From: Octopus vulgaris
Taxonomy: Eukaryota
NCBI GenBank assembly: GCA_951406725.2
Contig: OX597823.1
Coordinates: forward strand, 10,602,001-10,666,000
Length of the DNA stretch: 64,000 nt
Direction of reading: 5' to 3'
Shown piece after piece: positions 51,977-64,000 of this stretch. Position 1 is the stretch's first letter, and each line of letters opens with the position of its first letter. The notes beneath the pieces were generated by a model. The model did not search any database. It was not told the origin of the DNA and saw only the letters and a program-made list of their open reading frames with translations. A program made the translations under genes and the position numbers.

Positions 51977-52580
51977 CTATTTCTTTACTACCCACAAAGG
52001 GGCTAAACACAGAGAGGACAAACAAGGACAGACAAACGGATTAAGTCGATTATATCGATCCCCAGTGCGTAACTGGTACTTAATTTATCGACCCCGAAAG
52101 GATGAAAGGCAAAGTCGACCTCGGCGGAATTTGAACTCACAACGTAGCGGCAGACGAAATACCTATTTCTTTACTACCCACAAAGGGGCTAAACACAGAG
52201 AGGACAAACAAGGACAGACAAACGGATTAAGTCGATTATATCGATCCCCAGTGCGTAACTGGTACTTAATTTATCGACCCCGAAAGGATGAAAGGCAAAG
52301 TCGACCTCGGCGGAATTTGAACTCACAACGTAGCGGCAGACGAAATACCTATTTCTTTACTACCCACAAAGGGGCTAAACACAGAGAGGACAAACAAGGA
52401 CAGACAAACGGATTAAGTCGATTATATCGATCCCCAGTGCGTAACTGGTACTTAATTTATCGACCCTGAATGGATGAAAGGCAAAGTCGACCTCGGCGGA
52501 ATCTGATCTCAGAACGTAACGGCAGACGAAATAGCGCTAAGCATTTCGTCCAGCGTGCTAACGATTCTGCCAGCTCGCCG
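51977..52580 (-). mobile_element. SINE family C with one head and three tandem 186-bp bodies
   Basis: CTATTTCTTTACTACCCAC at 51977, 52163 and 52349; single head at ~52535-52580. Confidence 0.92.
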
Positions 52581-52628
52581 TATGTATGCACGTATGTATG
52601 TACAATCATATGCACGCACACACACACA

Positions 52629-52703
<75 letters not shown>

Positions 52704-54321
52704 GATATATCTTTTCTACTAAAGGTACAAGGTCTGACATTTTGGGGGCAGACGATGACATGGACCTCAGTACTCAGTTGGTACAAATTTTATCGACCCG
52801 TTGGGATCGATAACAAGAACCAGTCCAAAGCGATCGGTGGATGAACTATAAAAGCCATGTATCAGGTGCTTTGCTGTACCTTTTCCGGCCGTTTGCGCCC
52901 TTACTTCCAACCCCGCTACGACCTACTTGGTAGCAAGTGTATCTCAGCCTGCTTAGCACCTTCTCGTGCTACTTCCGGTGCCTGTAGGAAAGCCCACTCT
53001 CTTGCAAGCAAGCAAACAAGCCAATCTTCTGGTTTGAGGATACATTCCTTCCTCTAGTTTCACAGAATCTATAACGAGTCGTACAAATGCCCTCACTCCT
53101 GGCTAAAAGATTAAAAAATATGTGAAAGCACACGTTTATTTATTAGCATACATTTAAGCTCACCGTGTAGAAAGACCTCGTTCTTTGCTTCTTTCTGCAG
53201 AGAATGAAACGGAAAGTGATAGAGAATGAGAGAAAGAGGAGAAGAATGGAGAAAAAGTGTACATATACACATCGAGAGTGAGTCTGTTTTCATTTAATGT
53301 ACTTAGGCATGTAAACATCTTTACAATTTATCCATATATGCTGTCTGGATTTTAGGTTTTTATGAATCTGTATGCGTGCGTATATATGTATGTGTGAGTG
53401 AATTTCTATATTTCTTTGACAATCAATGTCACTCTCTATCTCTATCTTTCCAAATATCTGTCTATTAATCGATCTACTTTCCTTTCTTTTATTTCTTTAC
53501 CTTCTTTCTTTCTTTTACTCTTTACAGAGATTAACTCATCTTCCCTCTTTTATTAACTTAACACACTCATTCTATCTTTGTCTCTCTGTTTCGTTCTCTC
53601 TTTCTCTTTCTTTCTCTCTCTCTCTCTTGTGCGCACACTCACCATTAGTACCATCATCATTCCAGCATTGCTAACTGTAACATAATGCAGTTTGTGATAG
53701 AAAAGAATATGCACTTGTAGCCTTCACCTGGACTACGTCTATATTTTCCCGCTAAGTACGACAGAGGGTGAAGCTACGTCTGTCTCCAGTTCACTATGAA
53801 CACATTGATGCAAAAGTGGTAAAAGCGGTTGGAATATAGCATGACCTATTGGAATTAGCATGACCTTCAAGAATTAGAGAATTTCTCGTTTTTTCAGTTG
53901 TTAGAATTTAAGTCCATAAGTGTCGGCAGTACCAATGAATATTGTCAAACATGGAGCCTCTATGTCAGAAAGGATCTGAAATCGTATTTCAAAATGGCCA
54001 CTGATGAAATCTCTAAAAATCCCATATGAATATTATGAAATAGCTAAAACTGTAATGCGAAAATAGTAATTTAATATAAATTATCTCTGGATAGTTTATA
54101 TTAAATTATAACGATCATAATTTTTAACCCGTACAAATGCTGATATATGTTCAAATGCGTTTTACTGTTCGCCCACACCTGTACATGACTACTCAGTCTG
54201 CTAGAAAAGCTGAAACCAAATATGGCTAAAATCACATCCTACTGTTGAAAAGTACAAGGTTATATCACGGGTACAATATAGCTAGGAATAAAAATGTGGG
54301 GTGGTCATGATTAGCAACTCT

Positions 54322-54598
54322 TCTTGTTGTTTGTTCCTTCTCGAGCCATGCCTGGCTCATAAGGGCCGGTTTCCCGGTTTCCTTGGCGTATAGGTTCCCC
54401 ACCTGGACGGGACGCCGGTCCATCGCAGGTGGGCTGCAGGATGCAGGAGGAAAGAATGAGAGAAAGTTGTGGCGGAAGTGTCAGCAGAAGTTTCGCCATT
54501 ACCTTCTGCCGGAGCCGCGTGGAGCTTAGGTGTTTCGCTCATAAACATACACATCGTCCGGTCTGAGATTCGAACTCGCGATTCTTCGACCGCGAGTC
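54322..54598 (-). mobile_element. SINE family B, tail type 3, 5'-truncated
   Basis: Homologous to 10232-10545. Confidence 0.85.
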
Positions 54599-54834
54599 TT
54601 CCGACACAAGTTAAGGACGACTTTGGAATAAAACCAAAAAGAAAAAAAACTACGTTTTACAGTTAAGCAGACATACTGGACTATTTGACTGCTGCAAGTT
54701 TCGTGAACTAGAGAAGACACACCGCAGGCAATAAAATAATGAATCAATCAAATATTGGAGTGGTTTACATCAACTGTACCCCTATTGTGTACCTTTTATC
54801 AGAGTCAGGAATCCTTATTAAGTTTTATTATTAA

Positions 54835-55226
54835 CTAGCAGTATCGCCCGGCGTTGCTCGGGTTTGTAAGGGAAATAACAATATAAGCATTTTTAGAGAT
54901 GTAAAGTATAATAGCCATCTCAATATGGCTAACCACAAAGGGGGGTGGTTATTGTAGCTTTTTACGTTCTGAGATTTAATAATAAATTTTTAGAGAGTTA
55001 CTTCCCTTATATATGCCAAAAATGCATTAAAAATGGGAAAAATTGATGGTAATTTTTTTTTAAATCGTAGACTCACCGTAGACGTGCGCTAATACCCAGA
55101 AGGGCTCGATATGAATCACGACTATAAGATACCCGGTTTTGGTTACACTGCACCGCAAAATGTGGGAGTAGTTAGGAATCTAAATCGTAGGAGACAGACA
55201 CACAACTTCACTTTTATATATAAAGA
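54835..55226 (-). mobile_element. non-autonomous Helitron
   Basis: A|TC...hairpin-CTAG|T, near-identical to 16373-16770. Confidence 0.92.
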
Positions 55227-55788
55227 TTACGTCTAAGTTCGAATCTCACTGAGATCGATTATATCATTTACATTCTGGGACTCATTAAAATTAATGTAAT
55301 TCGAGTACTGGATTCAATTAAGCAGAAATACTCTTTTCTTGTATCGAAAGTTTGGTCTTTGCTAAAGTCAGAGATATTGATAATTGATTTTGTTATCAGT
55401 TATACTGTTGAACAAAGTTTGCTTCAAGCTCTGCTTCACTTGTTAAATGATTTGTTTTCTGAAACCAAAATTAGATTTATTCTGCTTACATTCTTGTTAT
55501 TATATCAGGAAAGGAAGGGAGGGCTTAATTGTTATATCGTTACCATTTAGTCGAAGAGATAATTTTAAATGTCATTCGTTTCTTATTTATGGGTAGAAAA
55601 ATTAATCCGAACATGGCTACCGTGCTGATGATGAGAAAAGATTCCCGCATAACCTAAGACAATTTTCTCCATCTGACGAACAGAAAACTTAGATAAATAT
55701 TTCCAGTATTGTAAACAGTTGTAGTAATTACAATACAAACAAAATACGTTATATTTAGCTTTCACAAAAGCACGGAAGCGGGATCGAG

Positions 55789-57060
55789 TGGGGAGACCGG
55801 GTCAAGTTGTTACACGGGTAAGTTGTTACAAGCCCATTGTTTCCAGCTTCAAGAAATAGGTGGCATTCGGGTCTCTACCTCGCGAAGGCCAACTCCATAG
55901 CTTCATGACTGCGCATGTGTATTGCTCTGGCGGGCTGTCACCGGAAAAGGTATGGCTAAAAAAACGATTTTTTAGTCCCAAAGTGAAATTATGCCACAAA
56001 GTTATTTCCTTAATTACTAAAACATAAGTAGTGTTACTGAAGTAGTTTGTGGCTCATTAGGAAATGTTGGAAGTTGCCTTCGATACATGAAGATGTGTCC
56101 TGGATGCCATGCATTGCTAGTGCTATGTTAGAGGTAATCCCCAGAAATCCATGGACAGGGCTAATTGTTACAGTGTATCAACTTACCCTTCTATTTCAGT
56201 TTAACATACTCTGCCTAGAAATTACACAAAGAAGACTACAAGGGGGATACTCACCCCGATGTTATAGAAAGAGCCACCAGAAAAGTTGTGGATGAAAAGA
56301 AATCATTATGGGATGTTGCCGTAAAGCAGCACATAGTTGATGAAATAGACGAACGGAAATCCAAACCAAAGAAGGCAATTGGTACAGAAAAGGCAATAAA
56401 GGGGAGGGGAAAGTCAACTAAAACAGGTAAAGGCAAAGGAAGGCAACCTCGCAGCAAGCAAGAACGCCGATTGGAAATACCTTGTCTGCTCAGATTGGTA
56501 TTCCAACCCCCTTACAGGTGAAGAATGGGTGCAATGCATGATCTGTAAAGACTGGGCACATACTGACTGTACAGATGGACGACAGGACTTTCTGTGTGAT
56601 CTGTGTGGTGTGAAGTTAATGGAGGACGATTCCGACTAGATGGCACATGTAACAATGAGGAAATTGGCTGATGAGGACTCTCAGTATCACGGTTAGGATA
56701 TGAGGTGGTTCAAAGCAAAGTTAATTAATTAAAATAATACTTCCTAGATGCAAGAAGCAGGAGACGTATTCATTTTAAATTTGTTTGTTAACATTAATTC
56801 CGAGTTACCGTCAGTTGTAACAAATTACCCCAGTAAGTGTCACCACGTGCCCCGCACTCGGGGAAAATTGTTACAGCTGACACCAGCTCATTAATTAGAA
56901 ACTGTCTAATTAATGTTAATTTCTGTCTTTTGCTGGTGATAACAATAGAGATGTTTTGCTAATTAAATCTGAAAAGACACTTCAGCTGTGTTCATTTATG
57001 TGGAAGCCAAGGCAAAAACAAAAATGAAAAAAATGTAACAACTAGACCCTGCGTCTTCTA
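55789..57060 (+). mobile_element. internally deleted pogo-like transposon (psq-HTH ... PHD finger)
   Basis: Imperfect TIRs GAGACCGGGTCAAGTTGTTACA / TGTAACAACTAGACCCTGCGTC; repeated TTGTTACA motifs near both ends. Confidence 0.7.
56211..56639 (+). pseudogene. transposase remnant: psq-type HTH start fused to basic linker + PHD finger
   Basis: PRNYTKKTTRG/SPDVIERATRKVVDEKKSLWDVA ... WKYLVCSDWYSNPLTGEEWVQCMICKDWAHTDCTDGRQDFLCDLC; frameshifts; no DDE domain. Confidence 0.8.
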
Positions 57061-57438
57061 TCATAGATTGAAATGGCCTCTGGAGGTTTCTGGAACGGAT
57101 GGGGTTTATCCTGCAACGGAGAGAAATCCCATTCAGTAGGGAACCTTGCACTCTCCGTCCCTTAAGCGGCATGGATAGTAGGATGAGACTAACTTTATAG
57201 GCATTAAGACCTATGGGCCTCAATTCCAGAATATTGAAAGAGCAAAGTGGACTTTGAACTTAGAATTTAAAAAGCGTAATTAAATTATGTAAGGTATTTA
57301 ACCTGATCTACAACTGATTATGCCATTTACTGCCCTCATTTCCATCCCTAATTATTATTTTCAATTTAGGTACAAGACCTGCAATTTTGTGAGGGAGAAG
57401 CAAAGCAGCTCTAACGTATGTACACTTGTATGTATATA

Positions 57439-57499
<61 letters not shown>

Positions 57500-57503
<4 letters not shown>

Positions 57504-57739
57504 CTTTTTACTCTTTTACTCGTTTCAGTCATTTGACTGCGGCCATGCTGGAGCACCGCCTTATAGTCGAGCAAATGGAACCCAGGACTTATTCTTTGGA
57601 AGCCAAGTTCTTATTCTATCGGGCTCTTTTGCCGAACTGCTAAGTTACGGGGACGTAAGCACGCCACCATAGGTTGTCAAGTGATGTTGGGGGGACAAAC
57701 ACAGACGCATAAACATATTCACACACACACACATATATA

Positions 57740-57784
<45 letters not shown>

Positions 57785-57787
57785 ACG

Positions 57788-57836
<49 letters not shown>

Positions 57837-57999
57837 GTCGGGCTTCTTTCAGTTACCGTCAACCAAATCCACTCACAAGGCTTTGGTCGGCCCGAGGCTA
57901 TAGTAGAAGACACTTGCCCAAGGTGCCACGCAGTGGGAACGAATCCGGAACGATATGGTTGGTAAGCAAACTACTTACCACACAGCCACTCCTGCGCCT
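57500..57999 (-). mobile_element. SINE family A
   Basis: Full-length reverse copy. Confidence 0.88.
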
Positions 58000-59751
58000 A
58001 TGTATATGTATGTATAACTTATTGTTGCATTTGAATATGTTAGTCAATGTTTAAGTGGAAATTTCCGAAAAACTTGGCATTTCCGCCAAAGGAAGCCATC
58101 AGTAAGCACGCACTTTACAAATAGAATCTATAAGCAGAATTATATAACTATGCAAAACCTTTCTGAAGTTGAACATAAAATACTTAACTATTTTGGTCCC
58201 CAGTGTCCAGAGACAAACCGTTGTTTGTTTGTTAGAAAGTAGGTCCTTTACCATAAGAGTAATTCAAATAATTAAAATAAAGTGCGACATATGTAAATAA
58301 ATTTAGTAATACACTAGAACTGGAAGGTATATCGTATCACTGAGATACATACTCTAAGGTATCCTTGTACATTTCAAGAGCTGGATGTGACTTTAGCTAT
58401 ATTTGGTTTTCATTTTTATAGCAGACCAAGTAGTCGTGTATAGGTGTTGGCAAACAGTAAGCGCATTTGAACGCATGTCAGCATTTGTACAGGTTAAAAA
58501 GTATGATCTTTATAATGCCTTTAAAATAATTAATACAGGTGTAAAATTCCTATAAAAACAACAATGTGGTACAACACATAATAGGCCTGATATATTACTA
58601 AGGGCCATGGAATAAAATAATGCACTGACGTAGCAGATGCGAACGATTGGTCTAAAATTGAGGGAGAATAGAATAGCTATAATAAAATACAGGCGGAATT
58701 CACAGCTCATATTCCTTACTATAGATTCTTGTTTATATGAATTATTACAGCTGCATTAAGGCATATGACACAAAATTTATATAAAATCTTGGAAATGCTA
58801 GGGTTTTCTAAAATGAAAGGAAGAAAACAAAATATATTTGCATCATCCTGATCTATTCAGCAAGTGGTGCAGCAAAAATTTGTTAAGCTTTTCAAGATTC
58901 TGCGTTTGAGTCACCCAAGGTGAAGATATGCACACGATCCAAATCAAGTACATGACACACACATTTATATAAAGCGTAATTACACGCGCTTATATAGAAC
59001 GTGACGAATTGCTTGAATCCATTTATACCCACAGATGCATCTACAATTATACTCTCATTAACTCAATTACACATTCGCGAACCTCTGGAACTGTCCTGAC
59101 TAAAAGAAAAATATAAGAAGAAATGCCTTGTCATTTTGTTTGTGACCAACGTAAATCGTGTGAAGTACTTGAATATATCAAAGAATTACATGCATATACA
59201 CCCGTTCATGCGTACATCATGCACACATATATGTATGTATATAACACTGAATTCAATTTGCGAACGATCGTTGAAGAGCTGTTAGCGTTGTGGTTTTGTT
59301 TTAAGAATAACTGCAATTAACATAACAAATTTTAGTTAAAGCTTGCTCATTTATAATTTACATCCTAATAACCTTGGAGCTAATGAAATTTTCTGCGTTA
59401 CTTTCGGTAATTAGAACTGTATATCTATCTCTAGCGATTAGCCTTACTTCGTGTGCTTCCTCTGTAGTTTAATTTCACAATCTTTGAGATTTTCTTCTGG
59501 ATTTTTGTTTTTTTCAATATATTTTTCTTTTTTGTTTTTTTTTTTCCTTTGTTTCTGTTAAATCTTTCTTGCTTTACGCTAAAGCAACGCCTGCCAGTGT
59601 AGCTGAGGAAAAAAAATATCTAAGCATCTATCTTGTTCAACTTTGCGAACATGAAAATGTAATGATCATTAGGATAATTTGAAAAGAAACATGAAACAGA
59701 AAGTGACACTCACATCCCCCCCACCCGAGAAACTGGAAAATTGAACAACAG

Positions 59752-59754
59752 CAA

Positions 59755-59795
<41 letters not shown>

Positions 59796-59815
59796 TAACA
59801 ATAACAATAACAGCC

Positions 59816-59849
<34 letters not shown>

Positions 59850-59853
59850 TAAC

Positions 59854-59885
<32 letters not shown>

Positions 59886-59889
59886 TAAC

Positions 59890-59924
<35 letters not shown>

Positions 59925-59940
59925 TAATTATAACAATAAC

Positions 59941-59972
<32 letters not shown>

Positions 59973-59988
59973 TAACAATAACAACAAC

Positions 59989-60023
<35 letters not shown>

Positions 60024-60132
60024 CAACAATAATAATAATAATAATAATAACAATAACAACAATAATACTAATAATAATAATAACAATAACAACAACAACA
60101 ATAATAATAATAATAATAATAATAACAACAAC

Positions 60133-60164
<32 letters not shown>

Positions 60165-60223
60165 TAACAATAACAGCCATAATAATAATAATAATAATAA
60201 CAATAACAATAACAATAACAGCC

Positions 60224-60260
<37 letters not shown>

Positions 60261-60444
60261 TAACAATAATAATAATAATAATAATAATAACAATAACAAT
60301 AACAACAACAATAATAATAATAATAATAATAATAACAACAACAATAATAATAATAATAATAATAACAATAACAACAATAATACTAATAATAATAATAACA
60401 ATAACAACAACAACAATAATAATAATAATAATAATAATAACAAC

Positions 60445-60476
<32 letters not shown>

Positions 60477-60492
60477 TAACAATAACAACAAC

Positions 60493-60542
<50 letters not shown>

Positions 60543-60580
60543 CAACAATAACAATAACAACAATAATAATAATAATAATA
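59752..60580. repeat. ~830-bp (AAT/AAC)n microsatellite
   Basis: Directly visible. Confidence 0.95.
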
Positions 60581-61481
60581 GACAGAGACCAGTTCATTGA
60601 GTAGGAGTACATTAATCCCGAAGACGATAAGAAGGAACAAACCAAGCTAAAAATCTGTCATGGAATGACTGATTGAAGCTTACAGTCATGCGATGAAGAA
60701 GTTTCAACATAAAAGACATAAAAAAGTATCATTTGAAAAACTGATGTAGATTATGCAAAACCCAAACTAATGAACTTATATTTATTGGGACTGCTGGATC
60801 AAAAATCAAAAGAAAACAGTATCCAAATTAAAACATTGTCAATTTAATGCTGCTGTTTACGAAATAAACATACTCTTTTGTGGAAGATGTTGGCTCGATT
60901 GAAATCAACGTGATACGTAAACTCCAGGAAGAAGACTATCAGTGCGCTTGTATCTATGAATTTAGTATTCTAACTAAACTCTCATCATTATACATATCAT
61001 TTGTGAAGTGACTTGGTACCTACCAGCTCCACACGGATTAAAATATAGCTCGACGTTTTCTTTTCTTAGAGAGCGCAAAGTCTATGTGTGTGTATATATC
61101 ACAGATAGCGGGCGTGTGTTTGTGTTGATTAACACGCCATGACATTCATTATATGTACGTGTATTCTTTATGTGTGCATGTGTGTTGACGTCAAGAAATT
61201 ACAAACAAAAATTGTGCTTACTCGTTCTCATTAATAAACAGAGGTCCAAATGTCACAGAAAATTTGTACTACAATGCCGAAGGTAAGTATGACAATAAAT
61301 ATGCAAAAAAAATTACGATAAAATATACTATATCTGATATATTTCGGATACAAACAGCTAGTTTTAGTATTATTAAGTTACATACACACACACGTATATA
61401 TACACATATATATACACGCACACATATATACGCACACACACATATATACATATATATATACACTGTATATACATACATACA

Positions 61482-61529
<48 letters not shown>

Positions 61530-62399
61530 ACATACATACATGCATGCATACGTCTAATACGTGAAGAGTAACGAACCATCAAAGGAGACTCCACGCTAGA
61601 AATAACAGCCAAATCTTCCTTAAATTACACTCTACCGTCTTAGAAAAAGAATGTCACATTGCACAGTGTATCCCTAGATTTAGAAAATATGGCATAGTCG
61701 TAGCTCGAACACCTTTGATCAAAGATTTGTGCGATCAGATTTAACTTGGAGTTAAACAAGAGCAATGACTATGTTTTTGCTATTGTTTATTTTTATGTGA
61801 CCGACATATTTATATGTCTTTGAAAATAACAAGTAATTACGCATTTAAAATACCAATCGATGTTTTTCTAGTCTGAGATACATTTCCTTGGAGCCAACTA
61901 AACAATCGTTTGCATATATTTCAAATTTAAACTTTAACTACAACTAAAAATATTCTGTCAGCGTCAATCGAGGTTTTCGCCTTATTACAATGCTTCAGCT
62001 GTGTGGTATCTAAAAGCAGATAATTTTGTATTTGTTTCCTCATGGAAACTCTATAATTGCACGGTTCGTTCCTGAGTGCTGTCTTTTTCTTTTGATATTT
62101 TGTTGGTTTTCTTTTTAAATATTGAGCTTGCAAGTCTCCTCTCTCAACACTGATGTTTACTCAAGGGAAAACCGCCGACTTTAGACGATGCGTATTGACA
62201 GCATAATAGTCATGTATTCAGAAGAATTTTGTGGGGTTTGAATAATTCACCTCTGGAAACATAGGTGTTTCGTTCATCAACCTTAAATAAAGCTTATTCA
62301 AGAACTTTTGAACGAGATAGGCTACTTAACCTGTGGAAAATTTTAACTAGACCCCCATCTGCTAGGTCATGCGCTGTTTATCTTGATATTAGATCGCCA

Positions 62400-62785
62400 G
62401 TTGAGGCGCAATGGCCCAGTGGTTAGGGCAGCGGACTCGCGGTCATAGGATCGTGGTTTCGAGTCCCAGTCCGGGCGTTGTGAGTGTTTATTGAGTGAAA
62501 ACACCTAAAGCTCCACGAGGCTCCGGCAGAGGATGGTGGTGATCCCTGCTGTACTCTTTCACCACAACTTTCACTCACTCTTACTTCCTGTTTCTGTTGT
62601 ACCTGTATTTCAAAGGGCCGGCCTTGTCATTCTCTGTGTCACGCTGAATATCCCCGAGAACTACGTTAAGGGTACACGTGTCTGTGGAGTGCTCAGCCAC
62701 TTACACGTTAATTTCACGAGCAGGCTGTTCCGTTGATTCGGATCAACCGGAACCCTCATCGTCGTAACCGACGGAGTGCTTCCAC
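62400..62785 (+). mobile_element. SINE family B, tail type 1, nested in a LINE 3' fragment
   Basis: tRNA-like head; 12-bp TSD ATTAGATCGCCA (62388, 62786). Confidence 0.9.
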
Positions 62786-63102
62786 ATTAGATCGCCAAGT
62801 CCCGCACTTGTGGTTGTGATGCATGAGCCTGATGTACTCTTTATTCATTATTCATTATATTGGCCATAAAGGCCTTACATACAGAAAAGAAGCTGCGGGC
62901 TGGACATAGACATAATGTTATATCAAATGAAAAAGGAAAATGATGATTAAGGAGGGCAACAATCGACGCCCGTCAATCGCTGTTTACCCGAGAACATTGA
63001 TCTTTTATAATTCATTCACGAGGCAACAAACCTCACACAGTGTTCACAATGTTCAATAACAAAAACGAAATGAGGCACTAAGCCTCTTACCTTTATTTTT
63101 AA

Positions 63103-63498
63103 CTAGCAGTATCGCCCGTCGTTGCTCGGGTTTGTAAGGGAAATAACTATATAAGCATTTTTAGAGATGTAAAGTATAATAGCTATCTCAATATGGCTAA
63201 CCACAAAGGGGGGGGTGTTACTGTAGCGTTTTACCGTATGGGATTTAATAATAAATTTTTAGAGAGTTACTTCCCTTATATATGCCAAAAATGCATTAAA
63301 AATGGGAAAAATTGATGGTAATTTTTTTTAAAATCGTAGACTCATCGTAGACGCGCGCTAATACCCAGAAGGGCTCGATACGAACCACGACTATAAGATA
63401 CCCGGTTTTGGTTAAACTGCACCGCAAAATGTGGGAGTAGTTAGGAATCTAAATCGTAGGAGACAGACAGCACACAACCTCACTTTTATATATAAAGA
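63103..63498 (-). mobile_element. non-autonomous Helitron
   Basis: A|TC...CTAG|T termini, family sequence. Confidence 0.92.
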
Positions 63499-64000
63499 TT
63501 ACGAACTTTCTGATGTACTCTTATCAGACGGGTAGTCATGTGCTTCGTATATTTCTACCTCAGTGTCACTTTGATGGCATGCACTGCTCTCTCACTCAAT
63601 TATAGTAATAACATGGGCAGAAGGCCAGTAAGTTCCGAGAAGGAATAAGTCGATTACATCGACCCCAGTGCTCAATTGGTTCTTATTTTACCGACCCCAG
63701 TAAGATAAAGGGCAAAGTCGACCCCGGTGGCATTTGAAATCAGAACTTAGAAAAGACACACCTAAGTCGCCCACATATGAGGCGATCGCAAAAGGTCAAC
63801 CCGACTGGAGTACAATGGAAGAGACTCATTTTGGTAGAACTACGTTGACGATCATGGTTTACTCCTGTGTCAGACAATAATGATAATAATGATAATAACA
63901 ATGATGGTGTGCCCTTATCAGACGGGTAGTCATGATGGGTATCTTGGGCTTCGTATATTTTACCTCAGTGTCACTTTGATGGCATGCACTGCTCTCTTAC

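Noticed and set aside
59710-60645. 200-300 aa poly-Ile/Leu ORFs
   Set aside because: Stop-free frames of the (AAT/AAC)n tract
62400-62478. tRNA gene (also 14815-14885 and other SINE heads)
   Set aside because: A/B boxes are present but there is no proper acceptor stem or T-run terminator; each continues into a SINE body

Overview
This is AT-rich eukaryotic non-coding DNA made almost entirely of interspersed and simple repeats. The SINE repertoire looks like octopus/coleoid cephalopod, which is an inference from recognising the sequence, not a database result. I found no intact host gene, rRNA, true tRNA gene or CRISPR array, and most ORF-track entries are microsatellite or SINE artefacts. 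Contents: (1) four tRNA-derived SINE families (called A, B, C, E here) with modular tails; (2) five non-autonomous Helitrons; (3) a full-length defective Tc1, several mariner remnants, a psq-HTH/PHD pogo-like element, a Tigger-like MITE and two 8-bp-TSD MITEs carrying TTAGGG; (4) R4/Dong-like LINE remnants; (5) Penelope GIY-YIG fragments. Two things stand out. First, at least eight fold-back inserts, almost all in (TA)n tracts, include palindromes of 1.65 kb and 0.62 kb. Several carry hammerhead-ribozyme motifs: one has a canonical core with a very long stem II, and three motifs in the window share a non-canonical substitution at core position 6. Second, a 2.7-kb ORF1-only (RRM-like + CCHC) Tx1/L1-type element has hairpin arrays in both UTRs and is inserted with a 16-bp TSD into the tRNA-like head of a SINE.
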